A program made the position numbers and the translations under genes. Below are positions 19,652-29,962 of a DNA stretch of 64,000 bases, in pieces; the first letter of the stretch is position 1, and every line of letters starts with the position of its first letter. Source of the stretch: an uncultured delta proteobacterium (GTDB taxonomy: Bacteria; Desulfobacterota; Desulfobacteria; Desulfobacterales; UBA2156); assembly GCA_963736855.1 (NCBI GenBank), contig CAVTQK010000009.1:32001-96000 (forward strand), in the 5' to 3' direction. The notes below the pieces were generated by a model. That model worked only from the letters and a program-made list of their open reading frames with translations. It did not search any database and was not told the DNA's origin.

Positions 19652-22600
19652 TCAAATCCTCTTGAGCGAAAGGGGGGGGTCCAGTCTTTGATTGGCGGCT
19701 TTAAGCTGCGCATCACCCGATATGACCGCCACGGCGTGGGAAGCTTCTTCACCGCTGAAATAACGCCGTGCGGCCTGAATGACCTGATCCCGGGTGAGGA
19801 CCAGAAGCGTTTCCTTGAAACGCTGCCGGTCGTCGTCGGAAAGGGAAATCAGGCTTCGGACAAAGGCCTTCTTGGCAGCAGGACCGGGAGGATCCGGCCG
19901 ATCAATTTCGGAGCAGACCTGCAGGAGGGCCTCCTTCACATCCGTGTTTGTGTAGTCTCCGGAGCAGATGAATGTCGCCGCTTTATCGTAGGTGTTCAAT
20001 GTCTCGACGATATGGGGATCCCGATACGAGCACAGGCTGAAAATACCAGTCTCCGGGTTATAGACGGCAAAAGCACCGTAGGCTCCGCCTTTTTCCCGGA
20101 TCTCTCGATGCAGATACGAAGACCGGAGGAGCTTGGCGATGACGGAAAGCGCCGGTGCATCCTCATGGACCATCCGCACAACCCTGAAAGACTTAGCCAC
20201 GAAAGAGACCGCCGATGCCGTGCTCCATCCCTCGCGAATCACACCACTATCGATTTTCATTGGAGGGGGGGCAAATCGAACCGTCGTAAGACCGGCTGGA
20301 GCAATACGTGACAAAAAGGAAGCGCGGCTCACACAGTCGGCGGCCTGCCGAATAGCTGCGGCGTCGCCGATGAAGGCCATTCGGATATTTTGCGGCTGAA
20401 ATACTCGTTTCCCGATTGCGTCAAGCCACTTTGCAAGTGCCGGCAGGTCTTCATCTCCGGCATCGGCCTTGAGATCTTTGATCGCTTTAAGCTGGGACAC
20501 CCCATTCCAAATCTCGTCCAGAGCGGTAGTGGGGGAAAAATTTCTGGATGCCAGAGACATGGCCAGCCGATGTCCGTTGTGGACCACCCCGGTTTCCAAA
20601 CCCGCCCGATATTCATGGAGAAGGGTTTCCAATCGAGACAAATCGAACATATCAAACGCCGGAAGGATTTCGTCTATTATCTCGAACACTTTATCCTGGT
20701 TCCGGTTCAGGCATTTGGCGCCCGATAAGATAAACGGCGCAGTCTCACCCAATATGTCGTGGCGGGCCCGGGAGTTTGCGGAAAAGCCGATCCCACCGGC
20801 CCACCGGTCGATCCTTTTGGCCATCTTGACATAATCGTTTACATGCGTGCCGATTTTGGAGAGGACATAACAGAAAAAAGGGACCAAGGGCAGGGTATCT
20901 TCGGCGAGCCCTGCGACTCCGGCAGCCGCTGCAAAATATAAAATGCCGGCAGTAGGTTGTTCGTAGCAGACAGCCGGGGTCTTTTCAAAATCAGAGGGCG
21001 TCATCCGAACCACATGCGGCGGGATGTCTTCGATTTCCAGTGTCGGCAAAACGGAGACGGGCTCCTCGGATTCCTGCAGCGCCAGCAGAGCGCGGGCATC
21101 GTCCTGAATTTTTTTGATCTCCTTTTCGGTAAGGTTTTTTTTAATGGCTTCCAATTTATCGCGGGTTTGGGACGCAATCTTCTCATCCATTTCCGAATCC
21201 GGAGAAAGCGTTAAAAGGATCCGGTGGGGATTATCAAGGAAAAATCGACGGATCGCTTCTTCGAAAAATGGACCTTTTTCCAGTGCGGCGAGGATCTTTT
21301 CCAGATCTGCCTCGAACATCAGCCGTTGAAATGGATCCCCCCCGTGCAGCCAGGATCCGAAAGAGGCCATGAGGAGCTTGATTCCGTATGGAAAGGGATG
21401 ATGCGTCACCTCTTTCCGATGGAACTCCAGTTGGTGGATGGCGGACTCAACCAGCTCTTTCTCGATTCCCTGGTCGGCCAGCCGGTTCAGTGTCTCAAAC
21501 ACGATGGTCTCCACATCGCCGGAACGCGCCGCCTCGATATCTTTCAGTCCGCAGGAAAACAGAGTGTCCCGATAATCCGATTCATATCCGGTTCCATCGG
21601 AAAGGGCGCTTCCCAACCGGGAATCCATGAGGGATTTCCTCAAAGGGGAGGCGGCGTTTCCCAAAAGGATCTCCGACAGAAGCGTCAGCGTCAGGATATC
21701 GAGGGATTTCCGCACGTCCGCTGTCAACCAGGCCACGCACGCCTGGGATTTTCTGGAACCGTCTTCACCCGGACTCAAGGGGTAGAAATAGCGCGCCTTC
21801 CTGGATTTGGCCCAGCGCTTTTGTGGAGCAATATCGGTTTCCGGGTCAATTCGGCCGAACCGATCCAGGACCGTTGGGGAAATGAAAGTCAGATGGTCTT
21901 TTAAAGGCAAGTTACCGTAAGTATAAAAAAAAGCGTTGCTCGGATGATAATGCGTTTCGTGGAATTGCTTCAATTGTTCATAAGTCAAATCCGGGATCTT
22001 GAGAGGATCGCCGCCCGAATTATACTGGTAGGTGGTAGAGGGGTACAGGGCGTTGAGAATGGATCGCACCATCACCTCGTCTGGGGACGACATGGCGCCT
22101 TTCATTTCATTGTAAACCACCCCTTTGAAAGTCAACAGTAATTCCTGGGAGTTTGCCGAATCCCCTTCGATCTCGAGCCGATGCCCTTCCTGTTTGAAAC
22201 TGAGAGCGTCCAGCTTGGGGTAAAACACGGCATCCAGATAGACGTCCATCAGGTTGTAAAAGTCTTTCCGGTTTTGGGTCGAAAATGGATAGATGGTGGC
22301 ATCCGGGGCCGTAAAAGCATTCATGAAGGTACTCAGGCTTCGCTTGAGCATTGAAAAAAAAGGGTCTCTCACCGGAAAGCGTTTCGAGCCGCATAATACC
22401 GTGTGTTCCAGGATATGGGCTATCCCCGTGGAATCCCTGGGGACGGTCTTGAAGGTCACGCCGAAGGCATTTTCCATGTCGTTGTTGGCAATATGCAGAT
22501 GCCGGGCGCCGGTGGCTTCGTGTTGAAGCTCGATAATGACGGCATCGATGCGCTTAAACGGCATACATCGAATCACCAAGTACCCTGATATACGCTGACC

Positions 22601-22660
22601 TTCCGAAAATTTTTCCTGACGAGTATCCGCTTTTTTCACAAATCCTTCTTTCAAATCCAC
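19652..22660 (-). CDS. M16C insulinase-family (presequence-protease-like) peptidase
   Basis: HILEH inverted zinc motif, FMNAFT, GVVYNEMKG, REKGGAYG, SYRDP. Confidence 0.94.
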   Translation of the reverse strand: MDLKEGFVKKADTRQEKFSEGQRISGYLVIRCMPFKRIDAVIIELQHEATGARHLHIANNDMENAFGVTFKTVPRDSTGIAHILEHTVLCGSKRFPVRDPFFSMLKRSLSTFMNAFTAPDATIYPFSTQNRKDFYNLMDVYLDAVFYPKLDALSFKQEGHRLEIEGDSANSQELLLTFKGVVYNEMKGAMSSPDEVMVRSILNALYPSTTYQYNSGGDPLKIPDLTYEQLKQFHETHYHPSNAFFYTYGNLPLKDHLTFISPTVLDRFGRIDPETDIAPQKRWAKSRKARYFYPLSPGEDGSRKSQACVAWLTADVRKSLDILTLTLLSEILLGNAASPLRKSLMDSRLGSALSDGTGYESDYRDTLFSCGLKDIEAARSGDVETIVFETLNRLADQGIEKELVESAIHQLEFHRKEVTHHPFPYGIKLLMASFGSWLHGGDPFQRLMFEADLEKILAALEKGPFFEEAIRRFFLDNPHRILLTLSPDSEMDEKIASQTRDKLEAIKKNLTEKEIKKIQDDARALLALQESEEPVSVLPTLEIEDIPPHVVRMTPSDFEKTPAVCYEQPTAGILYFAAAAGVAGLAEDTLPLVPFFCYVLSKIGTHVNDYVKMAKRIDRWAGGIGFSANSRARHDILGETAPFILSGAKCLNRNQDKVFEIIDEILPAFDMFDLSRLETLLHEYRAGLETGVVHNGHRLAMSLASRNFSPTTALDEIWNGVSQLKAIKDLKADAGDEDLPALAKWLDAIGKRVFQPQNIRMAFIGDAAAIRQAADCVSRASFLSRIAPAGLTTVRFAPPPMKIDSGVIREGWSTASAVSFVAKSFRVVRMVHEDAPALSVIAKLLRSSYLHREIREKGGAYGAFAVYNPETGIFSLCSYRDPHIVETLNTYDKAATFICSGDYTNTDVKEALLQVCSEIDRPDPPGPAAKKAFVRSLISLSDDDRQRFKETLLVLTRDQVIQAARRYFSGEEASHAVAVISGDAQLKAANQRLDPPLSLKRI

Positions 22661-22782
22661 TCGTAGGGTTGCAACCAGTCCAAATCGAATTTCAGCTAAC
22701 GTCTCTATGATTTTTTTGGAAGCCTTTTCCTACAGACACCCGAACATATTTTAGCAAACGGTTCTTTCTAATCATGGCCGTA

Positions 22783-23157
22783 TTAAGCGCTGATGTAAAT
22801 GCCGCGGCCCTTTCTCTTGATTTTTTCCAGCTTGTTCAGCCGGAAAATGATGTTTCGCAGTTTTTTATCGTCAAAGCCGGTTTGAGCATGAATTCCCGCT
22901 ATGTCTGTTCCGTCTTTTTGCTTCCGGATTACTTCCAATACGCGGTCCGTCGCATTGCCTCCGGATTTTTCCCGGATCGCTCTTTTCTTCCGGGATCCGG
23001 AAGAAATCTGATTCGTCAGGGCCTTGATCTGGCCTTCAATGCGCTCCATCCCCTTAAAAAGCTTTTCCACATCGCGCTTGGTGGGAATATGATATGCCTG
23101 CATGAAAAATTTCACCATGGCGTCAAAACTCACTGGCTTTCCTCTTCTCTTGATCAT
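22783..23157 (-). CDS. Hypothetical protein with coiled coil and C-terminal winged-HTH-like region
   Basis: AAGGAGG RBS; basic protein; ATDRVLEVI...LRNIIFRL.K.EKIKRKGRGIY wHTH-like pattern. Confidence 0.7.
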   Translation of the reverse strand: MIKRRGKPVSFDAMVKFFMQAYHIPTKRDVEKLFKGMERIEGQIKALTNQISSGSRKKRAIREKSGGNATDRVLEVIRKQKDGTDIAGIHAQTGFDDKKLRNIIFRLNKLEKIKRKGRGIYISA

Positions 23158-23376
23158 GTCTCCTCCTTTATCTTGTTTGATGCTAAAACGGTCATGATAT
23201 TTTAATAACTACTTGTTCCATAAGGAAAAGTCAAGTTCACATCAATTTCCCGTCTGATCGAATGGATTGAAATGATTTGAAACCCAACAACCTTAATGCT
23301 ATTTCATGGCATCGTAAAAGAGAATGAAAATGCTTATCCCCATTTAAAGGATTCGATGCCCCCAACGCTTGAGGCC

Positions 23377-23853
23377 ATGAATATCTTTAGGAAGATCCAT
23401 TTCCGCATCCACGATTTTTTACTGAAGGTTAAAAGCCTGGAAGGAGATCCTCATTTTATCGCACTGGGTCTTGCCATCGGCGTCTTTGTGGGGGTAACCC
23501 CCACCATCCCTTTTCATACCATTCTGGCGGTGGCCCTGGCGTTTCTTTTCAGATGCAGCAAGGCTGCGGCGGCCATCGGCGTCTGGTTCAGCAATCCCGT
23601 CACCATCCCCCTTTTTTATTTCTTAAGCTATCGCATAGGGACTTTTCTTTTCAGCATCTCGCCTTTTGATGCCCATCCCCGAACAGTCTTGGAATTGATG
23701 AAGGTAGGAGCGGATATTACGACAGCCATGCTCATTGGGGGAGTAATCCTGGGAATTCTGCCGGGTATCGCCGCTTATTTTACGACCCGAAGGTTGATCT
23801 GCCGATGGCAGGAAAAAAAGAGAGATGGCCGGGACAACCGCCGGGAGAAATAG
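23377..23853 (+). CDS. DUF2062 family membrane protein
   Basis: PHFIALGLAIGVFVG.TP, WFSNPVTIP. Confidence 0.85.
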   Translation: MNIFRKIHFRIHDFLLKVKSLEGDPHFIALGLAIGVFVGVTPTIPFHTILAVALAFLFRCSKAAAAIGVWFSNPVTIPLFYFLSYRIGTFLFSISPFDAHPRTVLELMKVGADITTAMLIGGVILGILPGIAAYFTTRRLICRWQEKKRDGRDNRREK

Positions 23854-23878
23854 AAAGTCGGGGGCATAGCCTTCGCTT

Positions 23879-24454
23879 TTAACGGATAGAGAGAAAGAAT
23901 CGATGCTCCTTTTTCGAAAACTGCTTTTCATGCTCGTCTCCTTGCTGCGAGAAAAGCAATTGATCGGTTTCGAAGCCTAAATTCTTGGCCCTTTGGATCA
24001 AGAAATCGATTATCGTCGTGGGTAGTTTAGTATCCCTCGCCAGAATCCACAGATAGGACCGGGTATTTCCGCACACCAGAGCGTATGAATAATTCTGATG
24101 ATCAAGCTCAATAATATTGTACCCGCCATAAAACGGTCCGAAGAAAGAAACCTTGAATTGACCTTGATCGAATCCGGAAACGAAATGACCCCGTCCCACG
24201 GCCTCCTTCCACACGTTTAATTCAGGATCAAACCCCTCGTTGACGACATGCAGGCTCCCGTCTTCCTTTAGGGTGTAGATTCCCTTCACATGAGTCAGAC
24301 CTCTTTCGAATGAGTGATCCAGCCTTGCGATTTCATACCAAGTACCCAGGTACCGGTGCACATCGAATCCCTTTACGGCGGTGACCCCTTTCGGGATTTG
24401 TGCACATCCACATAGGGCAAACAAAAGCATGAACAGAGCTTTTTTCACAGCCAT
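23879..24454 (-). CDS. blc: Outer membrane lipocalin Blc
   Basis: Lipobox LCGC; RYLGTWYEIAR, KVSFFGPFYGGY, YLWILAR. Confidence 0.93.
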   Translation of the reverse strand: MAVKKALFMLLFALCGCAQIPKGVTAVKGFDVHRYLGTWYEIARLDHSFERGLTHVKGIYTLKEDGSLHVVNEGFDPELNVWKEAVGRGHFVSGFDQGQFKVSFFGPFYGGYNIIELDHQNYSYALVCGNTRSYLWILARDTKLPTTIIDFLIQRAKNLGFETDQLLFSQQGDEHEKQFSKKEHRFFLSIR

Positions 24455-24569
24455 TCCTCAAATCGATTACGAGTTTGATGCCAACATCTCTCAAATTTCA
24501 TAAGGATATCTTTTCCCCCATGCAGGTTTAAAACACCGGGTCAGATCCATCTGATGTAGCACTTTGAAA

Positions 24570-25262
24570 TCACTTATTGCCTGTCAGAAATACAAGCACA
24601 TCAACCATTAAACCGTTGATGGCTCGGTATTTCTTGGACGAGGACGAGAGGATGGTCGTTTCCGGTTGCACGTACTCGGATGGAATCAGTTCTGCGCGGC
24701 AGTTCGATACCATCTCTTGTGCGGATTCCGGTGTGGTTTCAAGGTGAAACTGCAACCCGATCACGGACCGGCCGAGCTGAAAGGCTTGGTTTACACAAGC
24801 CTCACTTCGCGCCAGATGGAACGCACCGCACGGCAGGTCAAACATCTCCCCGTGCCAGTGAAAAACTTCCACCGAAGTTGGAAATCGAAACGTCGACGGA
24901 TCGCTCGACGGAACAGCCTCTATGGGAAACCACCCGATCTCTTTTACGGGGTTCGGATATACCCGGGCACCCATCGCACTCGCAATCAGTTGGGCACCCA
25001 GGCAGACTCCCAAAACCGGCTTTCCGGCCTCGATGACGCTGCGAATGAAGAGCTTTTCCTGGACAAGCCATGGAAATTTAATCTCATCGTTGACGCTCAT
25101 GGGTCCGCCCATCACGATGAGCAGGTCGATTGCTTCGAGTTGCGGCAATGCCGCCGTCTCAAAGAGCCGGGTACACGTTATCGTGTATCCAGCTAACTTC
25201 AGCCATGCCTCAATGCTGCCGAGGCCTTCAAACGGAATATGTTGAAAATAGTGTGCACGCAT
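24570..25262 (-). CDS. Type 1 glutamine amidotransferase-like protein
   Basis: GGPMSVND, LGVCLGAQ, QFHLE catalytic triad motifs. Confidence 0.92.
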   Translation of the reverse strand: MRAHYFQHIPFEGLGSIEAWLKLAGYTITCTRLFETAALPQLEAIDLLIVMGGPMSVNDEIKFPWLVQEKLFIRSVIEAGKPVLGVCLGAQLIASAMGARVYPNPVKEIGWFPIEAVPSSDPSTFRFPTSVEVFHWHGEMFDLPCGAFHLARSEACVNQAFQLGRSVIGLQFHLETTPESAQEMVSNCRAELIPSEYVQPETTILSSSSKKYRAINGLMVDVLVFLTGNK

Positions 25263-26126
25263 TTAGAGATTCCGGGCACTGAATGTATCGCCTTCGTTCA
25301 TATTGCCCGATCGGAATCCTTTATCAAACCATCCCTTTCGCTGCTCAGAGGTTCCGTGTGTAAAACTATCCGGCACGACGTAACCACGTGTACTTTTTTG
25401 AATTCGGTCATCACCAACGGCACTGGCGGCGTTGAGGGCTTCTTCAAGATCGCCTTCCTCAAGCAGGTTCATTCTTTTCACATAATGGGCCCATACTCCG
25501 GCAAAATAGTCGGCCTGTAATTCAAAGCGCACAAGATATTTATTAAAGTCCCTTTCGCCGAGTCTTGAGCGTAGAGACATCAACTTGTCATGGATGCCAA
25601 GAAGCTTTTGAACATGGTGTCCCACTTCATGGGCAATCACATACGCTACGGCAAAATCACCCGGCGCTTGAAATCTTTTCTGAAGCTCATCACAGAAACT
25701 TAAATCGATATACACTTTTTGATCTCCGGGGCAATAGAACGGGCCGGTGGCTGCACTGGCAAACCCGCATGCAGACTGCACACTGCCGGTATAAAGCACC
25801 AGATTCGGATAACTGTAGCGCAACCCTTCCCGGCGGAACAACTCGCTCCAAACTTCTTCGGTCTCGGCCAGAACCACCGATACGAATTGAGCCAGTTGTT
25901 CTTCTTCGGCCGTTCGCTGTTGCGGAATCGCGGTCTCTGAATTGTTTAGCTGTGTCATCTGTATAAGTTGTGTCGGATCACCACCCAGAAGATAAATGGC
26001 GACCACGAGTATGATAGTTCCAATTCCGCCGCCCACCACCCCTTTTTTGACAAGTCCCCTCTGGTCTTGAACATTTGAGCTTCCTCTTCGGCCTTTCCAG
26101 AGCATTGCATTTCCCTCCTTGTTCAA
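25263..26126 (-). CDS. YpfJ-like neutral zinc metallopeptidase
   Basis: GPFYCP.D, AHEVGHHVQ, ELQAD, SFTHGTS. Confidence 0.93.
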   Translation of the reverse strand: MNKEGNAMLWKGRRGSSNVQDQRGLVKKGVVGGGIGTIILVVAIYLLGGDPTQLIQMTQLNNSETAIPQQRTAEEEQLAQFVSVVLAETEEVWSELFRREGLRYSYPNLVLYTGSVQSACGFASAATGPFYCPGDQKVYIDLSFCDELQKRFQAPGDFAVAYVIAHEVGHHVQKLLGIHDKLMSLRSRLGERDFNKYLVRFELQADYFAGVWAHYVKRMNLLEEGDLEEALNAASAVGDDRIQKSTRGYVVPDSFTHGTSEQRKGWFDKGFRSGNMNEGDTFSARNL

Positions 26127-26325
26127 TCTCCTTCAGGTCAACCTCATGAAATTGCTTCATCTTTACGCTGATGAGGCGCAGATGCATCGCGCTTACTCTA
26201 TTTAATATACATTATCATATGTCGGTAAAGGAATCTACAAGACCAACATTAAAAATCGGCATCCCTTTTTGAACACAAAAAATGGGCATAAATCATAAAA
26301 TTTCGGTAAAGTCGAAATATCCGGG

Positions 26326-27312
26326 TTAGAGCGATTCGGGACGGTGGGGTTTGCCTAAAGCCGATGGTGCGGTCCCGGAGAAAAAATCCAGAAAAGATTT
26401 CATCCAGGGGCGGTATCGGGCTGCTTCTTGTGTCGCTGTCTTCCGGGCATAGGAAATGATCAGGAGGGTGAAAATCATGAGCGGAAACGGGGCCACCTGG
26501 AAGACCTGCGCCGGAACAGAAGGGATCCATCCCTGAAAATAAATACCCAGGACCTGCAAAAGGGAAAAAAGGTAGGCACCGGCGGCAGCGCGAACCGGGT
26601 GCCACCCGCCGAAGATGACCAGGGCCAGGGCGATCCAACCGGTCCCCTCTGCACCCTGGGGGCGGCCCCATCCGGGCTTGACAAACAGAGAAAATGCAGC
26701 ACCGGCGGCCCCCACCAGCACTCCGCCGGCTAAGGCATAGACCCACTGGAGACTTGCCGGGTTATCCCCTCGGGTAAAGGCTGCCTTGGGATCCTCCCCG
26801 ACCGCCCGCAGCCGAAGCCCCATCGGTGTCCGGTAGATATAAGCCCAGCAAAACCCGATTAACGCCAGGCTCGCATAGACCATCCAGTTGTGATGAAAGA
26901 AAATCGGGCCCAAAACCGGAACGTCGGATAGAAATGGGATCGGAAATGCTGAAAACTGTGGGCCGTGGAGGCGGGCATAAGGATTTCCGAGAAAATAGGC
27001 TAGATCTCGGGTGGTTAGCGTGAGCACAAACCCTACCGCCACCTGCGATTGTCCCAGCCAAAGACTGAAAAGAGCCACCACAGCAGCGACAAGGGCTCCT
27101 GCCAGACATGCCGCCAGGAACCCCAGGATCGCATTTTGGGTTTCGAAAGCGACCATAAACGCTACCATGGCACTGAGTAAAATGGTGCCGTCCAGGGACA
27201 GGTTGACGATGCCCGTCTTTTCCGTCAATGTTTCCCCGAGAGTGGCTAAAAGGATAGGCGTAGCGCCCGAGACGACTCCGGAGAGCAAAAGAATCCATTC
27301 GAGCCCGCTCAT
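26326..27312 (-). CDS. Nucleoside/sugar ABC transporter permease
   Basis: ATPILLATLGE, GLRLRAVGEDP, GWIALA. Confidence 0.9.
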   Translation of the reverse strand: MSGLEWILLLSGVVSGATPILLATLGETLTEKTGIVNLSLDGTILLSAMVAFMVAFETQNAILGFLAACLAGALVAAVVALFSLWLGQSQVAVGFVLTLTTRDLAYFLGNPYARLHGPQFSAFPIPFLSDVPVLGPIFFHHNWMVYASLALIGFCWAYIYRTPMGLRLRAVGEDPKAAFTRGDNPASLQWVYALAGGVLVGAAGAAFSLFVKPGWGRPQGAEGTGWIALALVIFGGWHPVRAAAGAYLFSLLQVLGIYFQGWIPSVPAQVFQVAPFPLMIFTLLIISYARKTATQEAARYRPWMKSFLDFFSGTAPSALGKPHRPESL

Positions 27313-27313
27313 T

Positions 27314-28348
27314 TCAATGCTCTTTCTCCGGACGCGCCTTTCTATGGTGCCAGGCAATGGCCGCCAGGGCGACAAGGACCCATGCACCCTGGATCACGCC
27401 GGCAAGTGAGGAATCGATCCTGAGCATCATGGGAAGCTGTATGCTTCCCACATTCAGGCATGTGAAAAAGAAGGCTACCACCGGCACCACGAAAACATTG
27501 TAATTGGAAAGCATGACCACCAGCAACGCCAGGTAGCCGTAGTTGCTGGAGATGGAGGGGATCAGCCGATGATACACTCCCGAAACCTGCACGCATCCTG
27601 CGATTCCGGCAAAACCTCCTGCCAGGAGCATTGCCAGGAGCATGTACCGGTTGGGTCTTTCCCCAAAAAGCAAAGTGGCTATCGGATTGCTCCCTGCAGC
27701 TTTCAGCACCAGCCCGAACCGGCTATGACGAAACATCCAGGCGGTCAGCAGCAGAGCGATCACGGCAAGGATCAAACCCGCCGGAGAAAGGCGCAACCCC
27801 GGTAAAAAGGAAAGCCAAAGATCCGTCGGAAAAACCTCCGTACCGCTCATGGAGGCCACCCCCGGGCGTTTCCAGGGACCGAAGATCAGGTATAAAAGGA
27901 TCCCTTGTGCGACGAAATTCAGCCCCAGTCCGGCAAAAATCTCGTGAACCTCTCCCTTGGTCTTCAGGATCCCCGCGCCTATAGCCCAAAACCCTCCCCC
28001 TAAGGCGGCTGCCGGAAAGGCCAAGGCCAAATAAAGGAGGGGAACCCGGCTTTCCACTCCCCAACGAAGAACCGCCGTGGCAAAAACAGCCCCCATGATC
28101 ATCTGCCCTTCGACGCCGATGTTCCAGAGACCGATGCGGAAGGTATACAAGAGGCCGACGGCGCAAAGGGTCAAGGGGATCCAGGCAGTGAGTACGGCGC
28201 CCATCTTGTTCAAGGACCCCAGCGACCCTTTGAGCAAATGGCAATAGGCATCCAACGGCGGCGCGCCGGCCAACACCAGGATTGCCGTAGTAAAACCGAA
28301 AACACCGGCCAGGGATAACCCGAAAGCCTTCCAGTGCCTCTGGATCAT
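27314..28348 (-). CDS. Nucleoside/sugar ABC transporter permease
   Basis: WNIGVEGQ motif and multiple TM segments. Confidence 0.9.
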   Translation of the reverse strand: MIQRHWKAFGLSLAGVFGFTTAILVLAGAPPLDAYCHLLKGSLGSLNKMGAVLTAWIPLTLCAVGLLYTFRIGLWNIGVEGQMIMGAVFATAVLRWGVESRVPLLYLALAFPAAALGGGFWAIGAGILKTKGEVHEIFAGLGLNFVAQGILLYLIFGPWKRPGVASMSGTEVFPTDLWLSFLPGLRLSPAGLILAVIALLLTAWMFRHSRFGLVLKAAGSNPIATLLFGERPNRYMLLAMLLAGGFAGIAGCVQVSGVYHRLIPSISSNYGYLALLVVMLSNYNVFVVPVVAFFFTCLNVGSIQLPMMLRIDSSLAGVIQGAWVLVALAAIAWHHRKARPEKEH

Positions 28349-28373
28349 GCTTTTGCTTTCGCTTGCCTGATCA

Positions 28374-29855
28374 TCAGACCTTCCCGGCGATGGCCCGGCC
28401 CAGATCATGGATATTCGTCTGAGCCGTCTTTATGTCCCGGATCACGCCGCCGTTGAAAAAGACCAGGACCCGATCAGCCACTATGAGGATTTCTTCCAGT
28501 TCCGAAGAGGAAAAGACGATGGCAGTCTTTTTTTCGCGGTAATGATAGAGATGTTCCCAGACCCAGAAAGTGGATTCAAGATCCAATCCCCTTGTCGGTT
28601 TTTCAAGAAGCAGAAGGTTGGGTGTATCCGGTAAAAAAGATAATAAAAGGCGCTGCTGATTTCCACCGGAAAGGGACTCAACCGGCATCCCCGGTTTTCC
28701 CTTGATCCGAAACTGCTTGATGCGCGCTTGTGCTTGTTGTTCAGCATCGTTCCAGCGCACCCGGAATCCATGGGAAGCCTTGAGAGCGAAATGCTCGGAG
28801 ATGGTAAGTCCCGTTATCAATCCCTCTTCCAGTCGGGACGTAGGCAAAAAGGTGACCCCTTTCTTTTGATAAGCGATGCAGTCTTTCCCGGCCATCGGCT
28901 CGCCCTGCAGATGGATCTTGCCGGATGTCGGAGTTTTCAGCCCGGCGGCCAGCCGCAGGAAAACGCCCTGACCGCTTCCTTCCAACCCTGCCAGGGCGAC
29001 AACCTCTTTCTCACGGATCACCACGCTGCACCCTCTCAAACCTGCCCGATCCCCAGTGGCCGAAACATTTTCCATGCTCAAAAGGGGCCCGCCCGCTGTG
29101 GTCTGAGAAAGCCTCAAGGGGGACGGCACCGACCCAAACATCATCTTCAGCAAGGTCTCCGTATCAAAAGGCCGCTCCATTTCACCGGTGACCCTGCCCT
29201 TGCGCAAAACCGAAACCCGGTCACAGAGTCTTTCGATGTCCTCGAGCTTGTGAGAGACCAGGATGAGCGTCTTTCCTTCTTTGGCCAGAGCCTTGAGCGC
29301 CTGAAAGAGGGTTTCCTTCTGAAAGCTCGATATCCCCGTCGTCGGCTCATCAAGGATCAGGACGTTGGCGCCCAGTGACAGGAGCCTGATGATTTCGAGT
29401 TGTTGACGTTCTCCGGTCGTAAGCTTTTGGACAGGGATTTCCGGGGGAAGGGTGAATCCTAAATGGAGGCAACGGGTTTCGAACCGTTTTTGGGTCGCCA
29501 TCCGGTTCAGCCGAAACCCCCGGGTTTGACCGATCATGAAATTTTCTAAAACACTGAGGACGGGAAAGTCGACCGGCTCCTGATACAGCATCCCGATTCC
29601 AAGCCTGGAGGCTTCCGCCGGGGTTTGGTATTCGGTGTCGGATCCATCGATTCGGATGAGACCGCGGGTTTTCGGGGTAAAACCGGCCAGAACCTTCATC
29701 AGGGTGCTCTTTCCGGCGCCGTTTTCCCCTAAAATCCCATGGATGCTTCCCGGAGCAAAACAGATGGTAATACCCTGATTGGCTTTCAGCGGGCCGTATT
29801 CTTTATGAATATCGATCAGTTCGACAGCCATCCGCGCTCCCGGATCGGATGCCAT
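28374..29855 (-). CDS. CUT2-type ABC transporter ATP-binding protein (two ABC domains)
   Basis: GENGAGKST, LILDEPT, LSGGNQQ. Confidence 0.93.
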   Translation of the reverse strand: MASDPGARMAVELIDIHKEYGPLKANQGITICFAPGSIHGILGENGAGKSTLMKVLAGFTPKTRGLIRIDGSDTEYQTPAEASRLGIGMLYQEPVDFPVLSVLENFMIGQTRGFRLNRMATQKRFETRCLHLGFTLPPEIPVQKLTTGERQQLEIIRLLSLGANVLILDEPTTGISSFQKETLFQALKALAKEGKTLILVSHKLEDIERLCDRVSVLRKGRVTGEMERPFDTETLLKMMFGSVPSPLRLSQTTAGGPLLSMENVSATGDRAGLRGCSVVIREKEVVALAGLEGSGQGVFLRLAAGLKTPTSGKIHLQGEPMAGKDCIAYQKKGVTFLPTSRLEEGLITGLTISEHFALKASHGFRVRWNDAEQQAQARIKQFRIKGKPGMPVESLSGGNQQRLLLSFLPDTPNLLLLEKPTRGLDLESTFWVWEHLYHYREKKTAIVFSSSELEEILIVADRVLVFFNGGVIRDIKTAQTNIHDLGRAIAGKV

Positions 29856-29895
29856 TTCAATGCATCTTTTGAATACAAGACAATAAGATGCGAAA

Positions 29896-29923
29896 CGCAG
29901 AAGGGAGCGTTTTTCCTTCTGCG
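29896..29923 (-). terminator. Stem-loop after the substrate-binding protein gene
   Basis: CGCAGAAGG...CCTTCTGCG inverted repeat. Confidence 0.5.
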
Positions 29924-29962
29924 CTAAGCATAGATCCCTTTAAAAAGGCCGGGTTGGAGCAG

